A stretch of 64,000 nt of DNA from Octopus sinensis (GCF_006345805.1 NC_043010.1:42718001-42782000), one strand, 5' to 3'; positions 25,077 to 37,971 are shown, counted from the stretch's first letter. Numbers and translations are program-made. The notes: generated by a model from the letters alone, not told the origin.

Positions 25077-26729
25077 TCTAGTAATGCTGCAGTCCAGTGA
25101 GTTAAACTATGTAAGGTGCAACCATAGTAAAAGAATATACTATGTTCTTTTGCTGTTAAAAAGCTGCACTCACAACTCCTACAATATGCACACTGCAAAA
25201 CTGATGTGTCCCTTAAATACTAGTTGCAATCTCTCCTAGCTTACACAGTTGTTTCAGTCACAAGACACTTTTCCTAAAACTTGGCCCTTCATTTCTAATC
25301 TTTCAGAAACACAAATTATATATAAATTCAATTACCTCTCTTGCATAAAACTCCGTTCTACCTTGCAAAAAATGCAAATACCTTTCAGTATATTAAAACA
25401 AGTTTGACAATAAATTAGATGTAACTTATTTCGGCAATTGCATTGCACCCCACATAAACACAATTTGAAAAAATGTGCCTGTAGTGTAAATCTAGAACAT
25501 ATTGTCACATCATCATCATACATCCATTTTTCCGTGATTGAATGGATCAAATGGAATTCATAGAGGCAGATTTTTTTTTTTTTTTTGTCTGGCTGCCCTT
25601 CCTATCACTAACCCTCACCTGTTTCTGAGCAAGGTAATATTTCTCCATGGCCAGATATGTCTTTTTTACAGAAGACTGGAAACAAACAACACTGTTTGTT
25701 TAATGGTGGTGCTTGCTTACAATCATCGCATGATGCCAGACAAGAGTATACACACATACATATACCTATACACACACACAGGCCTCCTTCAATTTCCCTT
25801 CACCAAATCCCTTCACAAGGCTCTGGCTAGCTTGGTGCTATAACAGAAGAGTGGGAATGAACTTGAAATCACATGGTTGAGAAGCAAACTTTTCCAACCA
25901 CATAGCTATGCCTGCACCTATGATATTTCTTAATGTAACTAATTCTTTTTCTTTGTCTCTTTAGCTTGTGAAATTTTTAGACTTCTTTTCCAGTTTAACA
26001 AATATAAGAAACCTAGCAAATATGGTAATTGTTTTCCATCGTCCTTGAATTAATCATTTAATTATCTTATTATCTTCTATTTTGATAGGTGATAATTCCT
26101 CTGGTTTTAAGTGTTGGAAAGTTGCTAATTCATATCATAATAAAATTTTTTTTCATTTCCAGCATGCATTATTGCATTTTTCTTTTGTTAAAATAATACA
26201 AAGTTTATTTCAATATCTCAGCATTTATTTTCCTCTTCATTCTTCAGATATTCATGTTGGAGAAACTTATAAAAGAAGCTTGAAAATGAGACAAATAAAA
26301 GTTATAAACTATTCGGCATAATTTAACGTTGTTTTGGAGGGAAAATATAACTGCCACTGAAATGTATCACTATTCAAACTCATTTGCTCTAGTCCAAATT
26401 ATTAGACTATTTGGGAAAATATTTTAAAATTTGTTGTATAACAGTTCAATTACTTTTCAAAGTTTATAAAAAAAATTATCTAATGTCTTATTTGTTGAAA
26501 TTCAGTTTATATTTTGAATTTCTGGGGGCACAAAAAGCAATCAAATCAAAGTCTCAACATTACTAATGAACCAAATGAAATGAAAGACAGAAAAAATAAA
26601 GAAGTTAGAATCCCTTCGTATTTTTTAGTTTATTAGATCAACAACTTACTTTTACTATTTAAACTTAGTTGTTGAGAAATCAGTTAAAACTTTTACCTAC
26701 TGATAGAAATTTAACTGATTTGAAAGTCA

Positions 26730-28364
26730 ATGGAGAAAACTTATGTAGTTAACATTAGTGGGAAATCCTTCTCCAAATATGGCTCTCATGGCCCAAATGA
26801 TGAAGAAAGAGCACTTTCACCACAAGATGAGCAAGAAGAGACATTAGATCTTTCTTTCCGAGACAACAGTCATCTTAGTGTACCTAATAAGCCTTATGCA
26901 TGTGATTTGTGTAGCAAATGTTTTGCCCAAAAATCTCATTTAAAACAACATTTAGTTACACACAGTGGAGAAAAGCCTTTCAAATGTCAAGTGTGCGGAG
27001 ATGCTTTTTCTCGAAATGGTAACTTAACAAGGCACATGGGTATTCATGGGAAAACTATTTCAAATGGTAGTCCTAAGTCATCTATTTGTCATTCAAGTAT
27101 GTCTCATGAACATAGTACATCATATGAAGCATCAACTTACTCAAAACCTAAAACATCTAAAGTTATAACAGCAAATGATAAACCTTTTAAATGCCAAATA
27201 TGCCCTTGTTCATTTTCTCGCAACGGTGATCTTACAAGACATCTAAGAACACATGGAACTTCTTTACCATCATTGTCTCATACAGCTAACTGCAAAGTGT
27301 CAACTTCATCATCATCATCAGCGTCATCAGTGTCGACAAATCAGTTGCATCATATTCAAAACCCATTTAACTGTGATGTTTGTTGGGAAACGTTTACGCA
27401 AAGAGCTAAGTTAAGCCAAGATATTCATAAAAGGATACATAAGGCTTTAAATCCTTTTCAATGTGAATCTTGTGGAAAATGCTTCTCTCAAAGGACGCAC
27501 CTGACAGTTCACCGACAACGGATTCATTCCAATGGAAAGACACTAAACAATTCAGACAAGCCTTCTTTGGATAATTCATCTTCAACTCATTTACAAAGCT
27601 CAAATGAGAAGAGTAATGATAATCCCCTCAGTTGTGATGTCTGCTGGAAAGCCTATTCACAAAGAAACCATCATGACTTACATAAACGGATTCATTCTGC
27701 TGTGTTACCATTCAAGTGTAATATATGTTCCCAGGTGTTTACTGACCGGGGCGAATGGAAACGTCATCAGAGGTCTCATCTTGGCAAAAAGCTCTACTCT
27801 TGCAGTCTTTGCAATAAAACATTCTTAGAAAGATCACACTTAAAAGTCCACCATCGAATTCACACTGGAGAGCGACCATTCAAGTGTGGCACCTGTCAGT
27901 TTGCATTTGCAAGGAAAGATCATTTAGAACGGCACCTTCGAGCCAACAAATGTAATAACAAAATGAATGATGATTGTAGAAATTCACCTGATAGCAATAA
28001 CGCCAGTAACGACTCACATAGTGATTTAATCCAGTTACATTCTCATCATCATCACCATCAACAACAACAACAGCAACAACAACATATGAACGACAGCAGT
28101 GCACCACCTACAACTGCTCTAGTGCCTGCAAATTCTGTGTTGGCTCATTCTCATCATTCTGACACTTCATCTGGTACATTAGTGCAAACTTCTCCACAAC
28201 TAGATATTGCATCACCCCATCCTGCTACAACAGACCTCATTTCTGCCGCTAATAACACTCAGATGTACCCTGCCACTATTCAGATGTACCCTACAAGCAT
28301 ACAATTATATTCAGGTGCACCGGTTTTCCCAACAATTCAAGGAGCAACTTTTCTCTGTATTTAG
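26730..28364 (+). CDS. C2H2 zinc-finger protein, 544 aa, 9 fingers (8 C2H2-type, 1 C2HC), Ser/His/Gln-rich linkers
   Basis: Intact ORF with HSGEKPF/HTGERPF linkers and repeated C-x2-C-x12-H-x3-H; possible acceptor TAG at 26704-26706; true N-terminus not verifiable. Confidence 0.93.
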   Translation: MEKTYVVNISGKSFSKYGSHGPNDEERALSPQDEQEETLDLSFRDNSHLSVPNKPYACDLCSKCFAQKSHLKQHLVTHSGEKPFKCQVCGDAFSRNGNLTRHMGIHGKTISNGSPKSSICHSSMSHEHSTSYEASTYSKPKTSKVITANDKPFKCQICPCSFSRNGDLTRHLRTHGTSLPSLSHTANCKVSTSSSSSASSVSTNQLHHIQNPFNCDVCWETFTQRAKLSQDIHKRIHKALNPFQCESCGKCFSQRTHLTVHRQRIHSNGKTLNNSDKPSLDNSSSTHLQSSNEKSNDNPLSCDVCWKAYSQRNHHDLHKRIHSAVLPFKCNICSQVFTDRGEWKRHQRSHLGKKLYSCSLCNKTFLERSHLKVHHRIHTGERPFKCGTCQFAFARKDHLERHLRANKCNNKMNDDCRNSPDSNNASNDSHSDLIQLHSHHHHHQQQQQQQQHMNDSSAPPTTALVPANSVLAHSHHSDTSSGTLVQTSPQLDIASPHPATTDLISAANNTQMYPATIQMYPTSIQLYSGAPVFPTIQGATFLCI

Positions 28365-28679
28365 ATTACCTGCATATTATCAGTACTAGAAAGGGGAAAA
28401 AAATGCTCCCAATATTTAAAATTTATTTTAAATCTCTACTGCTGGTTATCATCATTATCATCATGTCATCCACAACACCATTGGAATTAGACCAGAGTTG
28501 TCTTTGAATGCTTTCAATACATTTGAAAAACACACACATGCATGCACACACAAATTTGTGCAAATAGATAAGTATTTTTCACTTTTTACCTCACTTTCTT
28601 ATGAATCTCCTTTTTGCCAGACCATTAGATACACAATCACAACAAAATATTGTTCCTTAATATGTGTGTGCAAGTTATA

Positions 28680-28718
<39 letters not shown>

Positions 28719-30209
28719 CAAGTCTTCTTTTGTGTTTTTCCATTTTCTTTTCCACAAATGAATCCTTTTTCGATCTTGTATTTCCCTTCAATTTTCGAAA
28801 TAGTAATTTTAAAATATAGATACTATAGGAACTTTACATATGAGCATTTTGGAATTTTATACACACACGCACACACACACATACGTGCGCACACTGTGTG
28901 CACATGGGTGTGGGTGTAAGTAAATGTTACAATTTAAGGGCAACCATAAGATCAAGGGAGAGAATTCACTTACTTGAAAGAGAAGATGAAGGAGAGACTT
29001 GAGAGTGATTGAACTTCAGTCTATACACATGTCTTTAGTACTAAACACAGCTTCTTGGTGGTAAGCATGGAAACCAAGGGGATATTTATTAACAAACTTG
29101 CAACATATTTGATGAAGCATTGACTTTGTAAACATCTTTCTTGGTTGGTGACAAAACTACTGTAACCAATTGGAAGTGTGAAATATCTTGACTACATACA
29201 TTTTAACGATTTCACTGGTGAAATCTTAAAGACATATACAGTCTTACATACAATAAGTCACAAAAGCCATTAAATGGCTAACTTTTTGGTGTTGTTGATT
29301 GCAGTTTTGAATTCGACTTTCACTCATCAATACTTGTATATTGATTACATTTTATGTACACATCAGTTTATAAATATATGGGAATATTTGCATTTATTCA
29401 TATTTGCATGTGCATGGCAAATGCATATGTAAACTTTCAAAAATATGCCATGATTGATGGAAGGTATTTTTCTATGTCCCTTGTTCTTTCTTGCTTTTAA
29501 ACTTAAAGTGTAACCTTGATAAGATTAGAAAATAAGTTTATCACATCCATATCAACAAAGGATTCTCATACCCAAAATCAAAGTAACAATCATATTGTTC
29601 ATTTGCACAGTTTAAAAAAATCGTCTCAGCAAAACTGTATTCAGAATTGAAGTAATTTAGCTAAATTAAAAACTAGATCTTTTAAAATATTTCATCGTTG
29701 CTAATGTTATTGATTCTGATATGCAGATACCTACCTCTAATATTCAGATTTTGCTGAATAGTATAGAAAAAAAGGCTCTAGTATCAATTTTATTTTGAAT
29801 TACTTTCATTTTCATCATTTATTTATTGTAGGTCAAAACACTAAAACATTTGCGATTTTTAATTCATAGTTGAAAAGTTTGGAGAATTGGGTGGATGGAT
29901 TATGAACCTTTCTGAAGATTCTTGTTCATTTTCATTAATGTGTGTTATTCTGTGTCTTGAGAAAAGTACTAAACTTCTATTTCATTTACTGGCATCTGTG
30001 TTAGTAAGACCTGGGAGACAGTTTGATAAGAACTGTAAACTAGCTTGAAATAGACGATTTATGAGTTGCTGTGGCCAGTGATATCTTTTCATACAAATAA
30101 ATTAATGATTTAAAGTTGTTTTCTAATCTTCAAGCTCAAAGTGGCCTTCATACACTCAAGAGCAAGATAGATATAAGATTTCTGTAACTTATCCATTTGA
30201 TTTTGCTTG

Positions 30210-30430
30210 TCATCATCATCATTATCATCATCGTTTAACGTCCGTTCTCCATGCTAGCATGGGTTGGATGGATCGACCGGGGATCTGGGAAGCCAGAAGG
30301 CTGCACCAGGCTCCAGTCTGATCTGGCAGTGTTTTCTACAGCTAGATACCCTTCCTAACGCCAACCACTCCGTGAGTGTAGTGGGTGCTTTTTACGTGCC
30401 AGGCAAGGCTGGCAATGGCCACGATCAGAT
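30210..30430 (-). mobile_element. RTE 3' UTR copy (family A)
   Basis: (ATC)n, GTTTAACGTCCGTTCTCCATGCTAGC.. Confidence 0.85.
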
Positions 30431-31924
30431 CAATATAGAAAGCGATGATAAAATAGCAAAAGAAAATAATTTAAATTTCAAGACGTTCTCTTAAATAATG
30501 CTGTACTTCTGTTTATTTTTTCATCAGCATTAGTGAATTATTTAGGTAAGAAAAAAAGAAAGAAAAATATAGAAACTTGATAAATGGAATAAAAAAAATT
30601 AAGTTAATGAATTAAATTAACTGCATTAAGTCTATGGAAATTTTTAAGTATTGCAGTTCTCCTCAAGGTTACACTTCAGTTTTTAATTTGGTATATCTGC
30701 TCTTCATTTGGCAACAGTTTAATCCACATCTTATTTCTTTTATGTTCTCCAGAATATTTGGTAAAAACCATTAAAAGTTTTCCCCATCATTTCTGTATAA
30801 ACAAAAACTTTAGTTTTCATTGCAGAATAATTGTTAAATTTCTTTGCAGTCCATCACTTCATTCTGTAGCTTTCATTTTTTGTAATAAAAAAATACCTCT
30901 AAAACAGATTGTCTTTTCATTATTTGCATTGAACTAAAAGATTCATTACCTACACATTGCAAAAAGTTACAGAAAAGATAGACTCTGCAGTATCTTGTTA
31001 ATTTTTTCAGACAAAATATATAGTAGCAATCCCAAAAGATTTAGGTGGTATGGTTGACCTCACTTGTAGATTTGGAAAAACTCATGGATTGTGTCTATTT
31101 GTTGTTGTTGAAAGTGTTTTTTGTTGAATTTTAAATAAGTGGCAATTCCATTTTATCCAACCTCTGTATATGCTCTCATATGTGCACACACACACATTTA
31201 TGTGTATGTGTGCATATATATATAGCATGATGCTGCAGTTTTTTGTGTGAGAGAAAATCTCTTTATAGACATGTATTAAAAGAAATATATATTGGAGCAA
31301 GGCAAACATTAGAGCAGCAATGCCCACAAGAATGACAGGTGTGTTTCACCAAACTTGGGACTTGTGAATGCTAGATCAAATTCCTGTTTAGATATATTGG
31401 AAAAAGTGAATAATACATTCACTGGTAGTTCAGTAAGCTTCAAAAGCTGTAATAAAATAAGTAAGTCCAATAGAAGAGGCATTGAATTAAAATCGTTATG
31501 TATGTATCATACTAAATATATATATATACAACATTAAAAGACATGACATTGTAGATTTTATCTGAGAGAATATTTCTTCATAGTTTTGTTGTGTTAAAAA
31601 CATTATATATCAGAAAGTAAAACAAACATTACAGCAGTGACTCACGAGAACCACTGATGCAATTTGCCCTACTTATATACACACATATATGTGTATTATA
31701 TATATACACACACACACATATATACAGTCTTGCCAGAGAGTTTAGCAATAGTAGGAGAATTTTCTTTAATCAATGAAAAAACGCTTTATTGTTTAAAATG
31801 AATATTTTAAGTAAAAAATGATAAATAAATGGATATTTAATATTTATTATATGAACCATTTGCTTTTAGACATGCTTTTGTTCTCATTACATGGATTCCA
31901 CAAACTTCTGGCAATATTCTGGTG

Positions 31925-33100
31925 TAATGAGGGTCAACCGAAAAGTCGACAGGCTGACCAAGATACTCTCATGAAATGTGACCAAATAAAGTTTATTTTC
32001 AACATAGTCCTCCTTACGGTCCATACACTACTTCTTCCATCGGTGTTGCAGTGCTTTGATCCCATGAGTGAAGAAGTTTTCATCCTGTTGCTAAAGAAAG
32101 ATATCAACAGCAGATATGGTGTTCTCATCAATGCAATACTGGTTCTGAGCTAAGTGTTTTTTCATGTTGGGGAACAGCTGATAGTCAGATGGGGCTATAT
32201 CAGGAGAATAGGGAGTGTGATCAGCCAGTTCAAAACCACAGTCATGCACAGCAGCCATTGAAAGCAGGGACTTGTGTGCTGGAGCATTGTCCTGATGAAA
32301 CAAGACCCCTTTCATTAGATTTCCTGGGCATTTGGTCTTGATAGCCTTTCATAACTGCCTCAGCAAGTTAGTATAGTACTCTCCATTGATGGTGGGACTC
32401 TTTTGAAGGTAGTCAATAAGTACAATGCCTTTTGCATCCCCTTCCCTACAGATGAAATGACCTTGGCCTTCTTCAGAGCAGCTGAAGAGAGGTGTTTCCA
32501 CCACATGGATCGTCTCTTTGTCTCAAGCTCAAATTAACGAACCCATCCTGGGTTAGGAAACCAGCTGGATGTGCCTCAGACAATGTCAGATTTTCCAATG
32601 ATCAGGTTATCCTGGTGCTTTTGATGGCAGCCACTGAACAGAAGCCTTCATGCCAAGTCCATTCTGTAGAATATTCTCAACTCTTTCATGGAGTATGCTT
32701 ATAGCATTGGTTATTTGATTTATAATCAGTCACCTTTCATTCACTAACATGAGGTGAATATGATCAGTGTTTTCCTTGTGGTAGCAGTTGCAGGATGTGC
32801 AGGCCATGGGTCATCTTCCCACCTAAATTCAGCTGCCTACTTTTGCACTGTTGATAATACAGGAGCAGCATCCTCCAATGTAGCAACCATGTCAGTATGA
32901 ATGCCCTTGGGGCCTAAAGCCTTATTCTGCAGATACTAGATAACACAACGATACCAAATTTTGTCCATTTTGAAGAGAAATTGCTACTTCTTACTTTTGA
33001 AGTTTTTGAACAGTTAGATATTAGTTTAGCCGGAAAGAAACAATGCAGATTTTAATAAGAAGAAATGAAATCAAAGCATGCAGAACTTCACACCTCTAAC
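31925..33100 (-). mobile_element. Decayed mariner transposon with internal deletions
   Basis: MDKIWYRCVI*YL..IHTDMVATL; FHQDNAPAH..PYSPDIAPSDYQLF. Confidence 0.85.
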
Positions 33101-33209
33101 ATCACTCCATAGTCAAACTATGGACTTGATTGAGCATTTTCTAGCTACCATAAACCTAGATAATCTTTTGCTTTTAATATTGATCCTCTCTTTCGGAGAG
33201 GCACAAGCA

Positions 33210-33376
33210 CCTACACACACATATACACACACGGTAGTAACTTCCGCCTACCAAATTCAATCACAAGCTTCGGTCAGCTCGGAGCTATAGCAGAAGACAC
33301 CTGCCCAAAGTGCCACGCAGTGGGACTGAACCCGAAACCATGTAGTTAGTAAGCAAGCTCCCTAACCACACAGCCA
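33210..33376 (-). mobile_element. CORE-like SINE (family B)
   Basis: Reverse complement of the GGCTGTGTGGT..GGTTCAGTCCCACTGCGTGGCACTTTGGGCAG head. Confidence 0.75.
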
Positions 33377-34188
33377 TCTGAGCAAAAAATGTAATCCACA
33401 TCTACCCTGGGCAGAAAGAGCCCTACACATCATAACTGTCACTGCAGAACAAACAGTTCTTGTTGTATAACTTCCATTCAGGTGCTCACCTTTTTATCTT
33501 CATATAACTACAACATCAAGAAATTAATGTTTCATCAGTATGCATAATTTTGCTCCATTCAATTGGTGTCCAGTGCTTATATCTCTTGCAAAATTTTATC
33601 TGATCTCAAATATTTTTTTCTTGCTCAATTGAGGTTTCTTTTGCTGGTGTATGCTTTTAGCTTGAAATCTTTTACCAAACAATCTTTAATTGTTGATAAA
33701 CTTGGTGTTTTATTATTGTTATCATTTGTTGGTAACCGTGCTTGTATCTTACTTGCAGAGGAAAAAGGATTTGCTCTTCCATAGCAGTAAACAGAATGAT
33801 CAGTTTCAGGTGTTGTTAATCTTAGCCTACCTGAGCAATCAATAATTTTCTGTTTCTTTCATTCTTTTCAGAGTTTTTGAAATATCTAATGGATGTAAAG
33901 ACAAACTTTATTCATTTTTATCAAAATTTCAATCTGAGTTCGCTTCTCTGATGGAATTTCATGCTTCTTTCCCACCTTTTTTCTTTTTTTTTTTTGCATT
34001 TGAAGGTTTGAAGGGAAAGTTAACTTGACTGTCAAGAGAAACGCTTATATTTGGTATAATTTTTGTATTTTCCAAGCTATGAATATGAATTTTAGAAAAA
34101 CCAAGTTACTAAAAATAGTAAATTTACTTAAAAATGTGAAAAACATTAAATTCTCTAGGTTTTGCTAAACTTTCTGGTAGGACTGCAT

Positions 34189-34349
34189 AGGCACAGGAGT
34201 AGCTGTGTGGTAAGTAGCTTGTTTACCAACCACATGGTCCTAGGTTCAGTCCCACTGCATGGCACCTTGGGCAAGTGTCTTCTACTATAGCTTCGGGCTG
34301 ACCAAAGCCTTATGAGTAGATTTAGTAGACGGAAACTGAAAGGAGCCCG

Positions 34350-34393
<44 letters not shown>

Positions 34394-34573
34394 CCCCCCT
34401 CCATCACTTGACAACTGATGCTGATATGTTTACACCCCCATAACTTAGCAGTTCAGCAAAAGTGATGGATAGAATAAGTATTAGGCTTACAAAGAATAAG
34501 AATTGGGGTCGATTTGTTCAACTAAAGGTGGTGCTCCAGCATGGCCACAATGGCTGAAACAAATAAAAGAATA
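34189..34573 (+). mobile_element. CORE-like SINE (family B) with internal (TA)n
   Basis: GGTTCAGTCCCACTG..ACCTTGGGCAAGTGTC.. Confidence 0.85.
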
Positions 34574-34696
34574 ATATGTATGAAGAAAATCATATCTTTA
34601 TTTTAGATCACACCTTAAAAACCCAACAAAGGATCTCTCCCTCAGAGTGAACAGTAGACAAGTCAACAAAAGCCAAGTACAGAGGTTTATCTTTGA

Positions 34697-34818
34697 CTAG
34701 GTATTTCTCCTGAAGTTGCCTTACCAGATATATAGCATTAGTGGTGCTTCTACCTGGCTAGGTATTTCTCTTGCAGCCATCTTACCAGAAATATAGCATC
34801 AGTGGTGCTTCACCCTGG
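34697..34818. repeat. Two-copy tandem repeat, ~61-bp unit
   Basis: CTAGGTATTTCTC at 34697 and 34758. Confidence 0.8.
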
Positions 34819-35084
34819 TACAAACCCAAACTGCATCTCATCTAAACTAACTCTTTCCCTAATTAGTTGGGCTATGACTCTCTCCATGACTTTCATTACT
34901 TGATCCAACAACTTGATACCTCTGTAATTATTCATATTTAATGTGTCACCTTTACCTTTGTAGCACTTGACTATGGTGCTGCTACATCAGTCATTGGGAA
35001 TGACTCCTTTATGTATCACCTAATTGACTATATGGGTAACTAGACTATAGCTGACACTGCCAGATATTTTAAGCATCTCTATAG

Positions 35085-36750
35085 TGATTCTTGATGGGCT
35101 GGGGGCTTTCCTGTCTTCATACCTTAATTGCTTTATCTACCAAGGTACTGTCAATTTGGATAGCTGGTCCATCTGTTGGGTCAACATTTGACAGGCTCTC
35201 TTTCTCCCATTCATTCTCTTCATCTAGCAACCTTTCATGTAGCATCTCTCTCTTTGCAACCTCATTAAATGCAAATGAGTGATCATCCATGCAGACACAT
35301 TTCTCTCCTATGACATCATGATTCTCTTTCACACACTGTCTTGCAACACAAAACACTTCAAGTTTTTGGTCCTCATGATGCAGAACATTGGCAAATTTTT
35401 TCTTATCTGCTTCCCCTCTGGATAAGTAAGCCTGTCTCCTAGCTTCCCTTCTGATGATCTGATACAGTTCCCTGCTACCACCATTCTTCCAGTCCACCCA
35501 TGCCTGTTTCTTTTCTTTATTGGCCTTGTCAACCCCACCACGTTACCTTAGGTTGAGAGGGGACTTTGCACCATCCACAGATCTGGTCCATAGCCCTCAA
35601 CAGGTTGCCCCATAGGAACCTCCAGTTGTCTTCTACATTATGTGATGCTATATCTTCCTCTTTTTGTCAAAAGCTTCGAGTAACACTTCTCTAAATCTCG
35701 GTCCATTCACAGAATCCTTAAGCTTCCAGACCCTTCTTTTCCATGCTGGTCATCTTCTGGGGCAGCAATTTAGCCTTGATCCTGAAGTTACCAACTACTA
35801 ACCTATGTTGTGGTCTTCACCTGGGAAAGTTTTGGTATTTATAAGTAGCCATCTTTCCTGTTTTCTGGTGAGGATGTAGTCAATCTGACTAGTGTGTCCA
35901 CCAGACCTGTAGGTGAACAGGTGATTGGCAGGTTTCCTGAAGTTAGTATTACAGACCATAAGATCATTTGCATCACAGAACTCCAGCAGCCTGGTTCCCT
36001 CCTCATTGCAGGAACCAAATGTATAGCCACCATCTACACCATGGAAGCCTCCTGCATGTTGTCTAACATGCCCATTGAAGTCGCCAGCCACAAAAAGAAG
36101 GTCCCTGTCATTCATTGACGAGATAGTCTGCAAGAGGTTGTCATAAAATCGGTCTTTCTGTTCATCAGGTAGCCCTGGCCAAGGGGCATAGGCTGAGATA
36201 ATGGTTGCTAATCCATGTTGCAGCACTAATCTAAGCTTAAGTACTCTATCACAGACTCTGACTACCTCAATTACCTTATCAACCCCTTTCTCCACAAGAA
36301 GTAATACCCACACCCTCAACCCCATTAGTGTTCCCTACCCAGAAAATGTTATATCTATGTTCTTTGCCCGTAAGAAACCTAGCAGAACTTCCTCTCCACC
36401 TTACTTCTTGGATGAAGTACAAATCTACACATCTCCATTCAAGCATCTCAACAATCTCACCAGACCTACCTTTCAATGTGCCATTATTAAGTGTGCCAAA
36501 AAATCGACTATATCAAACTGGGTGAACCTTACTCTGCCTCTACCCCTGTTGGCATTAAACCATGCGGCCACTTCGCTGGTGCTGCACCACAAGGAGAAGT
36601 TGGTGACCCTTCTTGATATTTCGCAAAATATGCTTGCTCACTGGACCGATCTTGGATTTGGCTGGGTTGATCAGGCAGCACTAAGGGTTAGAGGCAAAGT
36701 TCAGTTTGTGGTCTTTTATGGTGATGAAAGCATTTCTTTTAGCTAGGATT
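35085..36750 (-). mobile_element. RTE LINE 5' half (APE endonuclease plus linker), pseudogenised
   Basis: IQEVRWRG, TIISAYAP, GDFNGHV, QIDYIL motifs; frameshifts. Confidence 0.9.
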
Positions 36751-37004
36751 TCTGCTGTCACCTATCTCTAAATCATTAGCTAGTTTTTTAGCCGCACTGT
36801 TGATGTTTCTATATGTAGGGGGGATGCTCTGTAAGTCTGTGTAATGTTATTTTCTAGTAGCCTATTGTATTCTATGGTGTCTAACCTATATAAGTTCGTC
36901 TTATCAGAGGAAATTAGGGGCCTATGGTTGTGTGTTTAGGAAGCTTGCTTCCTAGCTACATGGCACCTTGGGCAAGTGTCTTCTGCTAAAGCCTTGGGCT
37001 AGCC

Positions 37005-37175
37005 ACTACACACATTTTTTTCTCTCCTTGTTTTTTCTGTGTCCCTTTCTGTAGAAGAGCGTAGGCTCGAAATGTAAAAGACTTTTTCTATTCCTGAGCG
37101 TTATACTAATACATCTGTTTGTTTTGTACACCACCTGTCTTCATCTTTTGTTTTTTTCATAAACTCTCCTTATAT
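37005..37175 (+). mobile_element. Probable Penelope-type terminal sequence ending at (TA)n
   Basis: GAAGAGCGTAGGCTCGAAA hairpin and pyrimidine-rich tail abutting (TA)n; family assignment inferred. Confidence 0.4.
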
Positions 37176-37282
37176 ATATATATACATGTATAAATATATA
37201 TAGTGTGTGTGTATATCATCATCATCTGTTATATATATATATATGTCTTTGTATGTGTATATTCTTTCATTCTTTTACATGT

Positions 37283-37620
37283 TTCAGCCTAGAACCTGTA
37301 GCTATAATGGGGCACTACCTGTATCTTCTCCATTTCAATCATTTTTCCAAGGGAATTTGATATTGTTGCTCTCATTTGAGTTTCTTCCCATGATGTAGGC
37401 TCATCTGGGATCTTGGACAGTAGAAGGTCAAGGTGCTTCTTGAAAACATCTATCCCCGCTCCATGTAGATCTCTTAGGGTTTTTGCCAAGATATTAAAAA
37501 GCTATGGGCCTTTGAATCCAAAGCTATTGTAGTACAAGGTTCTTCACTAGATGGGATGGTTGGGACCTTAAGAACAGTACAATAATGGCATCCTGTTTGT
37601 AGCTGATATAACTCTTGATG
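37283..37620 (-). mobile_element. Non-LTR retrotransposon 3' ORF end (CR1/L2-group-like)
   Basis: NSFGFKGP*LFN..LRDLHG..DVFKKHLDLLLSKIPDEP..SNSL. Confidence 0.6.
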
Positions 37621-37627
37621 CCAACCC

Positions 37628-37661
<34 letters not shown>

Positions 37662-37707
37662 AAATAAGCAACAGGTATATCCGAGGTAGAGTAGTATAAT
37701 TGTTTCA

Positions 37708-37971
37708 TGCTACTTCATTTTATTAAACACTGTAAGTATTACATCAGTTTTAAAATGTCGAGCAATCTTCAGCCACTTATAGAATTTTCCAGTCAAACAG
37801 ACAATGCACATTCTTATCTCTATTTCATTTGCCCTCTTTATAATGTTGGCAAATGAAAGAGATAAGAATGTGCATTGTCCATTTGACTGGAAAATTCTAT
37901 AAGTGGCTGAAGATTGCTCAACATTTTAAATCTGATGTAATACTTACAGTGTTTAATAAAATGAAGTAGCA
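37708..37971. repeat. Hairpin, ~125-bp arms, 14-nt loop
   Basis: 37708-37833 vs 37848-37971: 4 substitutions plus one 2-nt indel by eye. Confidence 0.95.

Noticed and set aside
28350-28364. C-terminal prenylation signal in the + ZNF (FLCI)
   Set aside because: The Cys is second from last, not fourth, so it is not a CaaX motif
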